Shown: positions 1 through 7,959 of the stretch, piece after piece
Numbering within the stretch: position 1 is the first letter of the stretch
Layout: each line of letters opens with the position of its first letter
Source of the DNA: an uncultured Pseudovibrio sp.
GTDB lineage: Bacteria > Pseudomonadota > Alphaproteobacteria > Rhizobiales > Stappiaceae
Assembly: GCA_947496145.1 (NCBI GenBank)
Contig: CANMBS010000027.1
Span: forward strand, 1 to 24,000
DNA length: 24,000 nt
Reading direction: 5' to 3'
The notes under the pieces: model-generated
The model's input: only the letters and a program-made list of their open reading frames with translations
Database searches by the model: none
What the model was told of the DNA's origin: nothing
Program-made: the position numbers and the translations under genes

Positions 1-300
1 ATGCCTCCTCCAGCCAATAAGAGGATTGAATCAGAACCCAGCCGAAAACGCTAGAGGTTAATAGAGGGCCTCAGCTTACGTTGGGCTATTACAAGCATAC
101 CACCGCGCTGCTGTCGAAAATACAGACGCAGCAGCTAAAGAGTTTGCATATTGGCATATGAGATGTGACTTGGTAGCACCGCTTAATGTGCGCACTGCTA
201 TACAGAGTATTATTGAGGCAAATGAGAGTATGACTGCCAGATCAAGGGCTCACGAACAACTTAAATCTGCACTTAGAAGCGATTTATCTATATCCCAGTA

Positions 301-323
301 GGGAACTGACAGTGCCAGTCCCC
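301..323 (-). terminator. Possible hairpin downstream of the amidohydrolase gene
   Basis: Minus-strand GGGGACTG-N7-CAGTTCCC gives an 8-bp stem with one G-U pair, starting 29 nt after the stop at 352. No clear U-tract follows, so this is weak. Confidence 0.25.
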
Positions 324-351
324 TCAAATGCTTTTGCGTGATCAGGCGTGA

Positions 352-1752
352 TTACTGAACCACTTCACCTTTCTCAATCACGGTCTTGCGCACCACATCT
401 GCATAGTCCTGCGCTTCCTTGCGAATCTGTTCTTCATCCACAGTCAGCACCTTACGGTTATCCATGAGGATTTTGCCATCCACGATAGATGTTTCAACGT
501 TGGTAGCATAAGCAGAGTAAACCAGTGCAGAGTATGGGTTATAGATCGGCACCATGTTTGGGGCTTTGGTGTCGATGATGATCACATCAGCCAGCTTGCC
601 AGTTTCCAGTGAGCCAATCTCATCTTCCATATGCAATGCACGTGCAGCACCAATGGTTGCCATTTCAACCACCTTCACAGGAGGCATGGCCGCACGGTCT
701 TTATTCGCCAGCTTGTGAACTTTCGCCACTTGTCCCAGCTCATCAATGATGGAAAGCGTATTGCCAGACATCGGACCATCCGTACCCAGACCAATGCGCA
801 GCCCTTTGTCAAACATTTTCAGCGTAGGAGCAACACCCTTGGCAGATTTGATGTTCGCGCTCATGTTATGAGAGACACCAACATCCTTGTCCTTCAGGAT
901 CTGAATGTCCGCCTCATTCGCAGTGATTGCATGGGCTGCTACCCAATGCTTGGAAAGCGCACCAATTTCTGCCATGTAACCAATAGGTGTCTTACCCGGC
1001 ATACGCTTTTCGATCTTCTCACTCTCGCGGGAAGATTCAGAAAGGTGAATAAGCACCGGTACATCTTTTTCCTTCGCCAGCTTATTCACTTTCACCAGAA
1101 CCTCTGTGGTGTTGGTATAAGGAGCATGCGGAGCAAATGCTGGCGTGATACGAGGATGATCTTTGTACTCTTCAATAAAGTTCAGGGCATACTGAATACC
1201 CTCTTCAGCATTTTGTGCATCAGCTACCGGAAACTTGATGACAGTTTCACCAAGAACCGCACGCATGCCGATTTTATCGACGGTTTTAGCAACCTCATCT
1301 TCAAAGTAGTACATATCCGCATAAGTGGTCACGCCACCTTTGAGCATTTCCACGTTCCCAAGGTTTGCACCAATGCGCACCATGTCACGGGAAACGAGTG
1401 CACCTTCCAGCGGGAAGATGTAGCGGTGCAGACGATCCGGCACATCATCAGCCAGAGAGCGGAACACAGTCATGGATACGTGGGTGTGAGCATTGATCAT
1501 ACCCGGCATCACAATATCACCATCTGCATCGATGGTTTTTGCCGCTGTATACTCGGCGCTGTCAGCACCATCACTCACAGCCACAATCCTGTTGCCTTTA
1601 ATGGCAACAAGCCCGCGATCATAAACTGTCTTTTGTGCATCCATGGTGAGCACATGCGCATTGGTGATCAGCAGATCAACCGCCTCCCCCGCATGCGCAC
1701 CTGTAAGACTTGTAAAGCCAAGCATTAGGGAAACTAAACCAAACTTTTTCAT
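352..1752 (-). CDS. Secreted metal-dependent amidohydrolase/deaminase-family protein (COG0402-like, MtaD/TrzA/SsnA-like)
   Basis: ORF 352..1923 trimmed to the ATG at 1752. MKKFGLVSLMLGFTSLTGAHA looks like a Sec signal peptide with an AHA cleavage site. The HxH metal motif is in MPGMINAHTHVSM, with later HLSES and GLGTDG motifs typical of the amidohydrolase superfamily. Confidence 0.8.
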   Translation of the reverse strand: MKKFGLVSLMLGFTSLTGAHAGEAVDLLITNAHVLTMDAQKTVYDRGLVAIKGNRIVAVSDGADSAEYTAAKTIDADGDIVMPGMINAHTHVSMTVFRSLADDVPDRLHRYIFPLEGALVSRDMVRIGANLGNVEMLKGGVTTYADMYYFEDEVAKTVDKIGMRAVLGETVIKFPVADAQNAEEGIQYALNFIEEYKDHPRITPAFAPHAPYTNTTEVLVKVNKLAKEKDVPVLIHLSESSRESEKIEKRMPGKTPIGYMAEIGALSKHWVAAHAITANEADIQILKDKDVGVSHNMSANIKSAKGVAPTLKMFDKGLRIGLGTDGPMSGNTLSIIDELGQVAKVHKLANKDRAAMPPVKVVEMATIGAARALHMEDEIGSLETGKLADVIIIDTKAPNMVPIYNPYSALVYSAYATNVETSIVDGKILMDNRKVLTVDEEQIRKEAQDYADVVRKTVIEKGEVVQ

Positions 1753-1936
1753 GGGAACCTGCAATGCCTTTCGAAAACTAAGGAACCTGACTGCGACATT
1801 AGAGAAATACAAGCAACACAACATTGGTAGTTCTCTGTAAAAAAGGCAGGTCCCGGCACTTTCGCTGGGGAGCCTTACAGCGCCGCAACGTAAGCTTTTT
1901 TCACAATTTTCCGTTCTCCCCAAACATTAAGAAACG

Positions 1937-2716
1937 CTATGCTCTTCGCTCCTTCTGAACCATCAGAAACCCGCCGACGCTGGCAGCAATAACCAGCACA
2001 AATGCAAAGGCCCACTGGAGCGGACCTGACCCGGCCAACATGCCCGCAACACCAGAAGCAAGCACCCCAGCCTTACTCAGCCCCTCAGGTGTCAGCCACG
2101 CACTTAACAAAGATAGCTCCTCTCCTCGCGCTTTCGCGGCCCCATCGGCAACAACCCCATCAAACACCCTCAAAGGTTTGACCGATACTTCCTCAGACCG
2201 CGTCAACTCAAGCGAGCGCTTTTGAACCTCTCGCACCCGCCGAGACCAGCCGTTCTTGTTATATGACCAGTTGCGCAAGCGTTTCATGAAAGCAAGCCGC
2301 TGCACGCTCACCTCATGAACCAGCTCCTCAGCAGACCGCTGCCGGATCGCTGTAAGCGTCTGTACGCCCGGCACCCCGTCCACACCAACACCAAGGATCA
2401 TTTGCAGTGTTTTCACAGCACGAGCCGGGCCGGAGTTCACGGCAAAGTCAAACAGCGCATAATCCAGCCTGCGCGGCAGCTCATCCCCTTGTACAGCCTC
2501 CCAATATTGCCGCTGATAAATGTTGATAGCCTCAGCCTGAGAAAGCGCTTTCACCTCCTCCACACTTACAGCTCGCCCGCGCCATGCACTCAAAGTACCC
2601 TGTGTAATCCCAAACATGGTCGCCCCACCCGGGTCCGCTTTGCGGCTGCGATGAGCAAACCCACCTTCACTGCGCAAAAGATCAGCAACAATCAGATCAA
2701 ACGTGCCCTTCATCAT
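1937..2716 (-). CDS. GH108-family muramidase with PG_binding_3-like domain and a C-terminal hydrophobic membrane segment
   Basis: The N-terminus FDLIVADLLRSEGGFAHRSRKADPGGATMFGIT resembles the GH108 core (EGG...DPGG.T..GI). YWEAVQGDELP...DFAVNSGPARAVKTLQ resembles the GH108/PG-binding region. The C-terminus LQWAFAFVLVIAASVGGFLMVQKERRA is a TM-like helix with a basic tail. The start is set at tandem ATGs 2716/2713, preceded by GGGGGA; the upstream 24 codons of the track ORF are probably not translated. Confidence 0.8.
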   Translation of the reverse strand: MMKGTFDLIVADLLRSEGGFAHRSRKADPGGATMFGITQGTLSAWRGRAVSVEEVKALSQAEAINIYQRQYWEAVQGDELPRRLDYALFDFAVNSGPARAVKTLQMILGVGVDGVPGVQTLTAIRQRSAEELVHEVSVQRLAFMKRLRNWSYNKNGWSRRVREVQKRSLELTRSEEVSVKPLRVFDGVVADGAAKARGEELSLLSAWLTPEGLSKAGVLASGVAGMLAGSGPLQWAFAFVLVIAASVGGFLMVQKERRA

Positions 2717-2726
2717 GTCCCCCAAA

Positions 2727-2755
2727 CAATAAAAAAGGAGACCTGACAGCCTCCT
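2727..2755 (-). terminator. Rho-independent terminator between the DUF2793 gene and the GH108 gene
   Basis: Minus strand AGGAGGC-TGTCAG-GTCTCCT forms a 7-bp stem (one G-U) followed by TTTTTTATT. It lies 54 nt after the DUF2793 stop. Confidence 0.5.
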
Positions 2756-2808
2756 GAACAAACGAAAAAGCCGCATACGCGGCCCCAAAAATACTCAGTA
2801 AAGAAAGG

Positions 2809-3579
2809 TCAGCCCTGCGGCACCACTGGCAGAAAATAGTGCAGAGCCAGCCGGATTTTTCCGGCTGTAAAACTACCGGAGCCTGCTGTGATCCGCAGGG
2901 GCGTATCCGAGTAAAACGCAGTGGGACCAATCACGCCCGCATTATTTGAACCAACCGCAGTTCCAAGAGAACCACCAAACTTCGCAGTCTCCCCCTCAAC
3001 GCCGCAATCGTAAGAGCTGACACCCGTCACTGCCTCGACAACACGGGTCGAGACACAAAACACAATAGCTCTCGCAGGAATTGTAATGTTGCTCTCAGTA
3101 GAGGCACCTGAAAGCGTGATCAGATCATCTTTGGTTACAAACTGGCTTTGCGCCTGATGAACACTTTGGCACAGCACACTCTTTTCCTGCAAAAAAGCAG
3201 CTCCCCCCGTGGTACTGTCTACCCCCAATCCAGCGACAGATGAAAAACCACCCCAGTTTCCACCAGAAAAAACCTGCATGGTACCCAGACTCTGCACCCA
3301 GGCTGCCCATCCTTCAGCAGGTTGCAGGAAGCGCCAGATACCACCATCATAGGCCGCTATCTTTGTCTCGTGCCCTGCAAAATCACCCGTCGCACCTGAC
3401 GGCACAATATACCGTGCCCCTTCTGTGGGGCTGGCGGGAGGTGATACAATACTGTTTGATATGACAGAAAGCTGGACAACCAGATCAACAAGTGCAAGAG
3501 CCTCATTGTGCGTCACATGCTTTTGAGCTTGAGCAGCCGCCAGAACTGGCAGGTTGAGGTGTGTGGTCGTCTCGTTCAT
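2809..3579 (-). CDS. DUF2793-family protein (phage/GTA fibre-like)
   Basis: The N-terminal signature LNLPVLAAAQAQKHVTHNEALALVDLVVQLSV matches my memory of the DUF2793 conserved N-terminus. The remainder is Gly/Ser/Thr-rich and probably beta-rich. RBS GGGGA lies 5 nt upstream of the ATG. Confidence 0.7.
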   Translation of the reverse strand: MNETTTHLNLPVLAAAQAQKHVTHNEALALVDLVVQLSVISNSIVSPPASPTEGARYIVPSGATGDFAGHETKIAAYDGGIWRFLQPAEGWAAWVQSLGTMQVFSGGNWGGFSSVAGLGVDSTTGGAAFLQEKSVLCQSVHQAQSQFVTKDDLITLSGASTESNITIPARAIVFCVSTRVVEAVTGVSSYDCGVEGETAKFGGSLGTAVGSNNAGVIGPTAFYSDTPLRITAGSGSFTAGKIRLALHYFLPVVPQG

Positions 3580-3687
3580 TCAAATCCCCATGAGTTACCT
3601 AGACTACCAAAAAGCTTAGCAGCCAGCGCAACAAGGGGGATAAGTTTCAGCAAAATTTAACGCGAGCTGAGGATAAAACGCTGAGCT

Positions 3688-3993
3688 TTATGCTACGTGA
3701 CGACCTGTTCCATCACCGGCAAGAGACCAGATGCGCGTGCGATTGCGCGCCATTTTCTCATCAACAGCAAAGGAAAGCTCCGCACCATGCAAACCAACAA
3801 GGCGGTGCAGCAGGATAGCAATCTCAGCAGCATCTGATGCAACATCACGCGAGCTGTCGCCATTTTCGACAGCCAGCTGCAAAGCTTCCAGCTCTTCTCT
3901 GGCACGCATGATCAGGGCATTCAGGTCAGCCACTTGCCCGAATGTACGTTCACCCCATGCGGTAATGCTTGCGCTGCTTTCAATGGTTACCAT
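3688..3993 (-). CDS. Small MazG-like nucleotide pyrophosphohydrolase-type protein (dATP/dGTP pyrophosphohydrolase, DUF550-like)
   Basis: This 101-aa all-helical protein has WGERTFG, EELEAL and AAEIAILLHRL segments resembling the MazG-like four-helix fold with acidic metal ligands. RBS GAAGGTGG lies upstream. The family assignment is from memory of phage-associated homologues. Confidence 0.55.
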   Translation of the reverse strand: MVTIESSASITAWGERTFGQVADLNALIMRAREELEALQLAVENGDSSRDVASDAAEIAILLHRLVGLHGAELSFAVDEKMARNRTRIWSLAGDGTGRHVA

Positions 3994-4167
3994 GTTCGCC
4001 CACCTTCACTACTGCGACAGGACTGAAGAGGCAAAGGCGTGCACCCTTCAAAACTGCCTGATACAACTGGTCTGAGGCCACTGCGCAAATCTCACCCGGC
4101 GCAACACCTCAGCATCAAAACACGAATTGCACTCTCGCTCTGGTTTACTCTGTTAGCCCTCAAAGCA

Positions 4168-4199
4168 ACAAAAAAGCGGAGACAACCTCCTGTCCCCGC
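4168..4199 (-). terminator. Second (distal) hairpin terminator after the fusion-enzyme gene
   Basis: Minus strand GCGGGGACA-GGAGGT-TGTCTCCGC forms a 9-position stem with one mismatch, followed by TTTTTT. Confidence 0.45.
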
Positions 4200-4212
4200 C
4201 TATTCTTCAGGT

Positions 4213-4240
4213 AAAAAAGGCCAGACTTTGGCCCCTTTTT
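4213..4240 (-). terminator. Proximal rho-independent terminator after the fusion-enzyme gene
   Basis: Minus strand GGCCA-AAGTC-TGGCC is followed by TTTTTTAC and starts 7 nt after the stop at 4247. An A-tract on the other side gives it a bidirectional shape. Confidence 0.55.
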
Positions 4241-4246
4241 GATAGT

Positions 4247-7200
4247 TTACATGGTTTCGAGCGCGAAAATGGACTCCTTCATGGCCTGATCAAGCACGTC
4301 CAGCAGGTAATCAGCATTTTCCTTAGAAAAAATCATCGATGGGCGCATTTTAAGAACATTGTCATAAGGTCCTTCTGTCCCCATCAAAACCCCAAGCTCC
4401 TTAGCGCGGTTCGCTACACGGCGAGCCATATCCGTTGCAGGTTCCTTCGTGCGCCGATCCTTCACCAGTTCTACACCAAGAAACAGCCCCATGCCCCGTA
4501 CATCACCAATAAACTCATATTGCTCCATCATGCGCCGAAACCCGGCCAGCAGGTAATCGCCAATAACACGCGCATTTTCACGCAGGCCATCCCGTTCAAT
4601 CACATCAAGAACAGATAGCCCGACTGCACAGGAAACCGGATTGCCCCCAAACGTGTTGAAGTACTCCATCCCATTGTTAAAACTCGCAGCAACCTCTCGC
4701 GTGGTTACAAGAGCCGCCATGGGATGCCCGTTGCCAATCGGCTTGCCCATGGTCACTACATCAGGCGTGACACCCTGAGTTTCAAAAGCCCACCAATGAG
4801 AGCCGATACGCCCAAAACCAACCTGCACTTCATCTGCAACACACAAGCCCCCTTCAGCACGAATCAGCTTGTAAACCTCTTCCAGATACCCTTCAGGCAT
4901 AAACACCTGCCCTGCCACACTTGGAATGGACTCAGCAATAAAGAACGCTGGAACCCGCCCTTGCTTTTTCATGGCCTCAAGCTGTTCGGCAACGCTTTGT
5001 ATATACCGCTCTGTAATCTCCTCAGGTGCCCAGTCAGCAGGAGCCCGGTAAACATCAGGAATAGCAGCCTCAAACACATGATCAGGCCGTCCCTTCCCCC
5101 CCTTGCGCTTGTATTTATAAGGGCTAAGCGCAACCAGTTCCGGTGTGGTGCCATGATAAGCCCAGTCCAGAACCACTGCATCACGTCGGCCCGTGTGAGC
5201 CTCCGCCATGCGGATCATCAGGCTGTTGGCTTCACTACCTGTGCAAACAAACGAAGCAACGGCAAGGTCGCCCGGCAGCGTCGCCGTTAAACGCTCAGAA
5301 TATTCAACAATGTTGTCATGCAGGTAGCGCGTGTTTGTGTTCAGCAACTCAGCCTGCCGGGACAACGCTTCGACCACATCAGGATGCGCATGACCCAGAT
5401 GGCAAACATTATTGAAACAATCCAGATAAGCCCGTCCTCGATGATCGATCAGAAAGGCCCCTTCCCCGCGCACAAACTTAATCGGCTCGCTGTAAGAAAC
5501 AGAAAGGTTTGGCAGCAAACTCTGACGACGGGAAGAAACAATATCTTCAACCGAACGCCCCTTTGAGCCGAAACTTTCCGGAGCAAGCCCGGCAAAATCG
5601 GCGGCTGAGGGAAACACATCCGCCCAGACATCAAGATACTTTTCCTCACCAACACCCAAAATCTCTTCAGCACTCAAAGACAGATCAACGGAAAGCTGAA
5701 GATGCAGATGCGGTGCCCAGCCTCCGTTTTCCTTAGGGGCCCCCAGATACCCAAGTGTATCACCTGCCTTAATAACCTGCCCAACACGCAACCGATCAGC
5801 AGCCTCATGAGCCATGTGCCCCCAAAGGCTTACAAAAGGCTGCCCGCAATCTGTTTTATGCTCCAGCGTGATTATGCACCCATACCCAAGCGGGTCAGTC
5901 TCAATCACAACAGAACGCACTGTGCCTTCCAATGGCGCACGGACCCGCGTCCCGGCAGCTAAGAACAGATCAAGCCCCAGATGATTACGGCGGCGCTCCC
6001 CGTCAATAAACCGGCTTTCAAAGAAGTCAGAGGAGTAAACACTGCGACTTTCTCCCCACGGCCCGATCCCAAGCTCGACTCCATTGGCCCCACAGTACTC
6101 ATCCCACCACGCCTGCGCTGCCTCCGGCTGCAGGCAGCGAGAGGTGATGGTCATCTCATTTTCAGGATCGCCATAAGGAACAACAGCCTTCGCCATCATT
6201 CTGGGGTGGCGCTCAAACAATCCGGTAAACTCATTGCGATGAGCTCTGCAGAATCCAATCACCTTGCCCGCACCACGCACCGCTTCAAACCCACACGCCT
6301 TCCGCAAAATTGCCGTCGCAAAAGCAGGTTTCATCTCATGAAGCTTATGCAAGAGCGCCCAGGCTGGTGCTTCACTTACCGCCAGATACGGGTTGTCTTC
6401 AACCTCCTCCTTCCGCAAGGCTGACAGGCTGACACTCACCACAAGCCGCATGGCAATCAGATCAAAGAGCAAGTCAATTTCGCCCTCATCCAGCGGATAT
6501 TCAGCATGATAAGCCGCAGTCAGATCAGCGGCTACACCGATGGGATCAGACCTCTCCATAATCGTATAGGCCGCTGCAACAGCAACCTCCGCAATCACCG
6601 GAGTGTACAAACTGTCACCAAAATCAATCAGGCCGCAAACCCGCGAATGATCAGCTGGATCGACCAGAACATTCCAGTCATTAGCATCATTATGAATGAC
6701 AGCAGCCCGCATCTGCCCCAGCTTTGGCGCTACCACATTATCGAAGCGGTCAAGAAAATACTCAACAACACGCCGGTTTCCCGCGTCCTCAATCGCATGA
6801 AGCCGCTCCCGCGCATTTCCGGCCAGACGGATATCCCACTCAAAGCTGCGCAAGGCACCGGCATGCATGAACCCGCGCAAGGCCTTATCGGTTTTCCCCA
6901 AAAGTGCGCCTAAACTGGCAACAACGCCCGCTTCTCTCGTTGTTTCAGCAAGTGGCACCCCTTCAAGCCATGAGACCACACGCATGGCATGCCTCGTTCC
7001 ATCCGGAGCGCAGACAATTTGCCTCGCAGCTCCTTCCGAGGTCAATTTTAAGCGTGGCATGGGGAGTTCAGGAGCACAAACAGCAAGATGTTGCAGCATC
7101 GCAGTCTGAAAGTCAGTTTCAGCCTCAGGCTCACTCGCATTCACAATCTTAACAGTCCACCGGGTGCCATCTTCTGCATCAAGACGGTGGTTCTGATCCC

Positions 7201-7309
7201 GTTCGCTCTCTAAGGGGGACAGGTCACCTGCAAGGCTCCAGTGTGCCTGCAACAGACCGGCAATGGCAGCACGATCAAAATTCGGGGCGGGATAGCTGAT
7301 ATCAGTCAT
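4247..7309 (-). CDS. Three-domain fusion: APH/hydroxylysine-kinase-like phosphotransferase + peptidase M23 domain + class-III PLP enzyme of the AGXT2L (phospho-lyase) type
   Basis: The 1020-aa ORF has RBS GGAGAA. Kinase motifs are IHNDANDWN (HxDxxxxN, aa 205-212) and IDFGD (aa 228-232). M23 zinc ligands are HLGLD (HxxxD, aa 443-447) and HLH (aa 534-536). The PLP fold shows [23 protein letters not shown] and the Schiff-base Lys in [13 protein letters not shown] (K856). Confidence 0.9.
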   Translation of the reverse strand: MTDISYPAPNFDRAAIAGLLQAHWSLAGDLSPLESERDQNHRLDAEDGTRWTVKIVNASEPEAETDFQTAMLQHLAVCAPELPMPRLKLTSEGAARQIVCAPDGTRHAMRVVSWLEGVPLAETTREAGVVASLGALLGKTDKALRGFMHAGALRSFEWDIRLAGNARERLHAIEDAGNRRVVEYFLDRFDNVVAPKLGQMRAAVIHNDANDWNVLVDPADHSRVCGLIDFGDSLYTPVIAEVAVAAAYTIMERSDPIGVAADLTAAYHAEYPLDEGEIDLLFDLIAMRLVVSVSLSALRKEEVEDNPYLAVSEAPAWALLHKLHEMKPAFATAILRKACGFEAVRGAGKVIGFCRAHRNEFTGLFERHPRMMAKAVVPYGDPENEMTITSRCLQPEAAQAWWDEYCGANGVELGIGPWGESRSVYSSDFFESRFIDGERRRNHLGLDLFLAAGTRVRAPLEGTVRSVVIETDPLGYGCIITLEHKTDCGQPFVSLWGHMAHEAADRLRVGQVIKAGDTLGYLGAPKENGGWAPHLHLQLSVDLSLSAEEILGVGEEKYLDVWADVFPSAADFAGLAPESFGSKGRSVEDIVSSRRQSLLPNLSVSYSEPIKFVRGEGAFLIDHRGRAYLDCFNNVCHLGHAHPDVVEALSRQAELLNTNTRYLHDNIVEYSERLTATLPGDLAVASFVCTGSEANSLMIRMAEAHTGRRDAVVLDWAYHGTTPELVALSPYKYKRKGGKGRPDHVFEAAIPDVYRAPADWAPEEITERYIQSVAEQLEAMKKQGRVPAFFIAESIPSVAGQVFMPEGYLEEVYKLIRAEGGLCVADEVQVGFGRIGSHWWAFETQGVTPDVVTMGKPIGNGHPMAALVTTREVAASFNNGMEYFNTFGGNPVSCAVGLSVLDVIERDGLRENARVIGDYLLAGFRRMMEQYEFIGDVRGMGLFLGVELVKDRRTKEPATDMARRVANRAKELGVLMGTEGPYDNVLKMRPSMIFSKENADYLLDVLDQAMKESIFALETM

Positions 7310-7452
7310 GAGGTTCTCCGGTTACCTCAATATAGCTTATCGTGATATTTCAGCGTACCGACTTTATGTCAGTTGCACCAACATTATACCGTGATTAATA
7401 AGTATTTTAACGGCATTTCTCCTGCAAGATCTGCACTCAAAACACATAGCCA
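7310..7452. promoter_or_regulatory. Divergent promoter/operator region between the fusion-enzyme gene and the Lrp/AsnC gene
   Basis: This 143-nt AT-rich gap lies between divergent starts. It contains the short inverted repeat AATAT-N11-ATATT (7329-7349) and an AT-rich TTAATAAGTATTTTAA stretch. No specific site could be assigned by eye. Confidence 0.35.
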
Positions 7453-7893
7453 ATGGAGCCAGCCTTGCTTGACGCCAAAGATCGGCAGATTATCGCCATT
7501 CTCTCCAAAGAGGCCCGCATCCCCATCAAGACGCTGGCAGCCAGGATAGAACTGTCACGCAGTGCCACAAGTGAACGCATCACAAAGCTGGAGAACAACG
7601 GTACAATCCGGGGCTACAGAGCCGACATCGGAGCGCTTGACCACACTCACATCTCCGCCTTCCTGTTCATTCGCCTCGCACGCACTCCAATGCGTGAGAT
7701 ACTGGACGTCCTCGCAGCTTTTCCAGAGATAAAGCGTGCCAGTTCTGTCAGCGGAGAACTGGACTTGATTGTAGAAGTGGTCGCCCCCTCTATGGAGGTA
7801 CTCAACAACGTCAGAGACGCAATTGCCAGCACCGAAGGGGTATCTGACACCACAACCACTATTATCTTACGTGATGAATTTCACAGAAATTAA
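7453..7893 (+). CDS. Lrp/AsnC-family transcriptional regulator
   Basis: The 146-aa protein has the N-terminal HTH LDAKDRQIIAILSKEARIPIKTLAARIELSRSATSERITKLENNGTIRGY and a C-terminal RAM/ACT-like domain. Its size is typical of the family. Confidence 0.9.
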   Translation: MEPALLDAKDRQIIAILSKEARIPIKTLAARIELSRSATSERITKLENNGTIRGYRADIGALDHTHISAFLFIRLARTPMREILDVLAAFPEIKRASSVSGELDLIVEVVAPSMEVLNNVRDAIASTEGVSDTTTTIILRDEFHRN

Positions 7894-7903
7894 AGCGCAC
7901 AAT

Positions 7904-7940
7904 AAAAAAGCAGTGCATTTGAACCGCACTGCTTATTCAT
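7904..7940. terminator. Bidirectional terminator between convergent lrp-like and merR-like genes
   Basis: AGCAGTGC-N9-GCACTGCT forms a perfect 8-bp stem. It is flanked by AAAAAA on the left (TTTTTTATT for the minus-strand operon) and TATTCATTT on the right. Confidence 0.7.
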
Positions 7941-7959
7941 TTCAACTCTCAAAAAGGCT

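Noticed and set aside
631-1728. A 365-aa ORF on the + strand, antisense to the amidohydrolase gene.
   Set aside because: It lies entirely within and antisense to a gene with clear family motifs. Its translation is Cys/His/Arg-rich with no recognisable domain. It is a typical shadow ORF.
1753-1923. N-terminal extensions of several track ORFs: 352..1923, 1937..2788, 8713..9048, 9161..10180, 11928..12548, 12452..13054, 13242..14204 and 20703..21737.
   Set aside because: The internal starts have better RBS sequences, expose signal or lipoprotein peptides, match typical family N-termini, or remove overlaps with the upstream gene. The extensions often begin at TTG or GTG and have odd composition.
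1837-4221. An 11-nt direct repeat, GTAAAAAAGGC, at 1837-1847 and 4211-4221, flanking the phage-like trio. It could have been att sites.
   Set aside because: An 11-mer match is expected many times by chance in 24 kb. Both copies are simply A-tract/GC-stem parts of terminator-like hairpins. No integrase or tRNA is nearby.
4039-4242. A 67-aa + strand ORF in the gap between the MazG-like gene and the fusion-enzyme gene.
   Set aside because: It runs through both minus-strand terminator hairpins. It has no RBS, and its basic, low-complexity translation is unconvincing.
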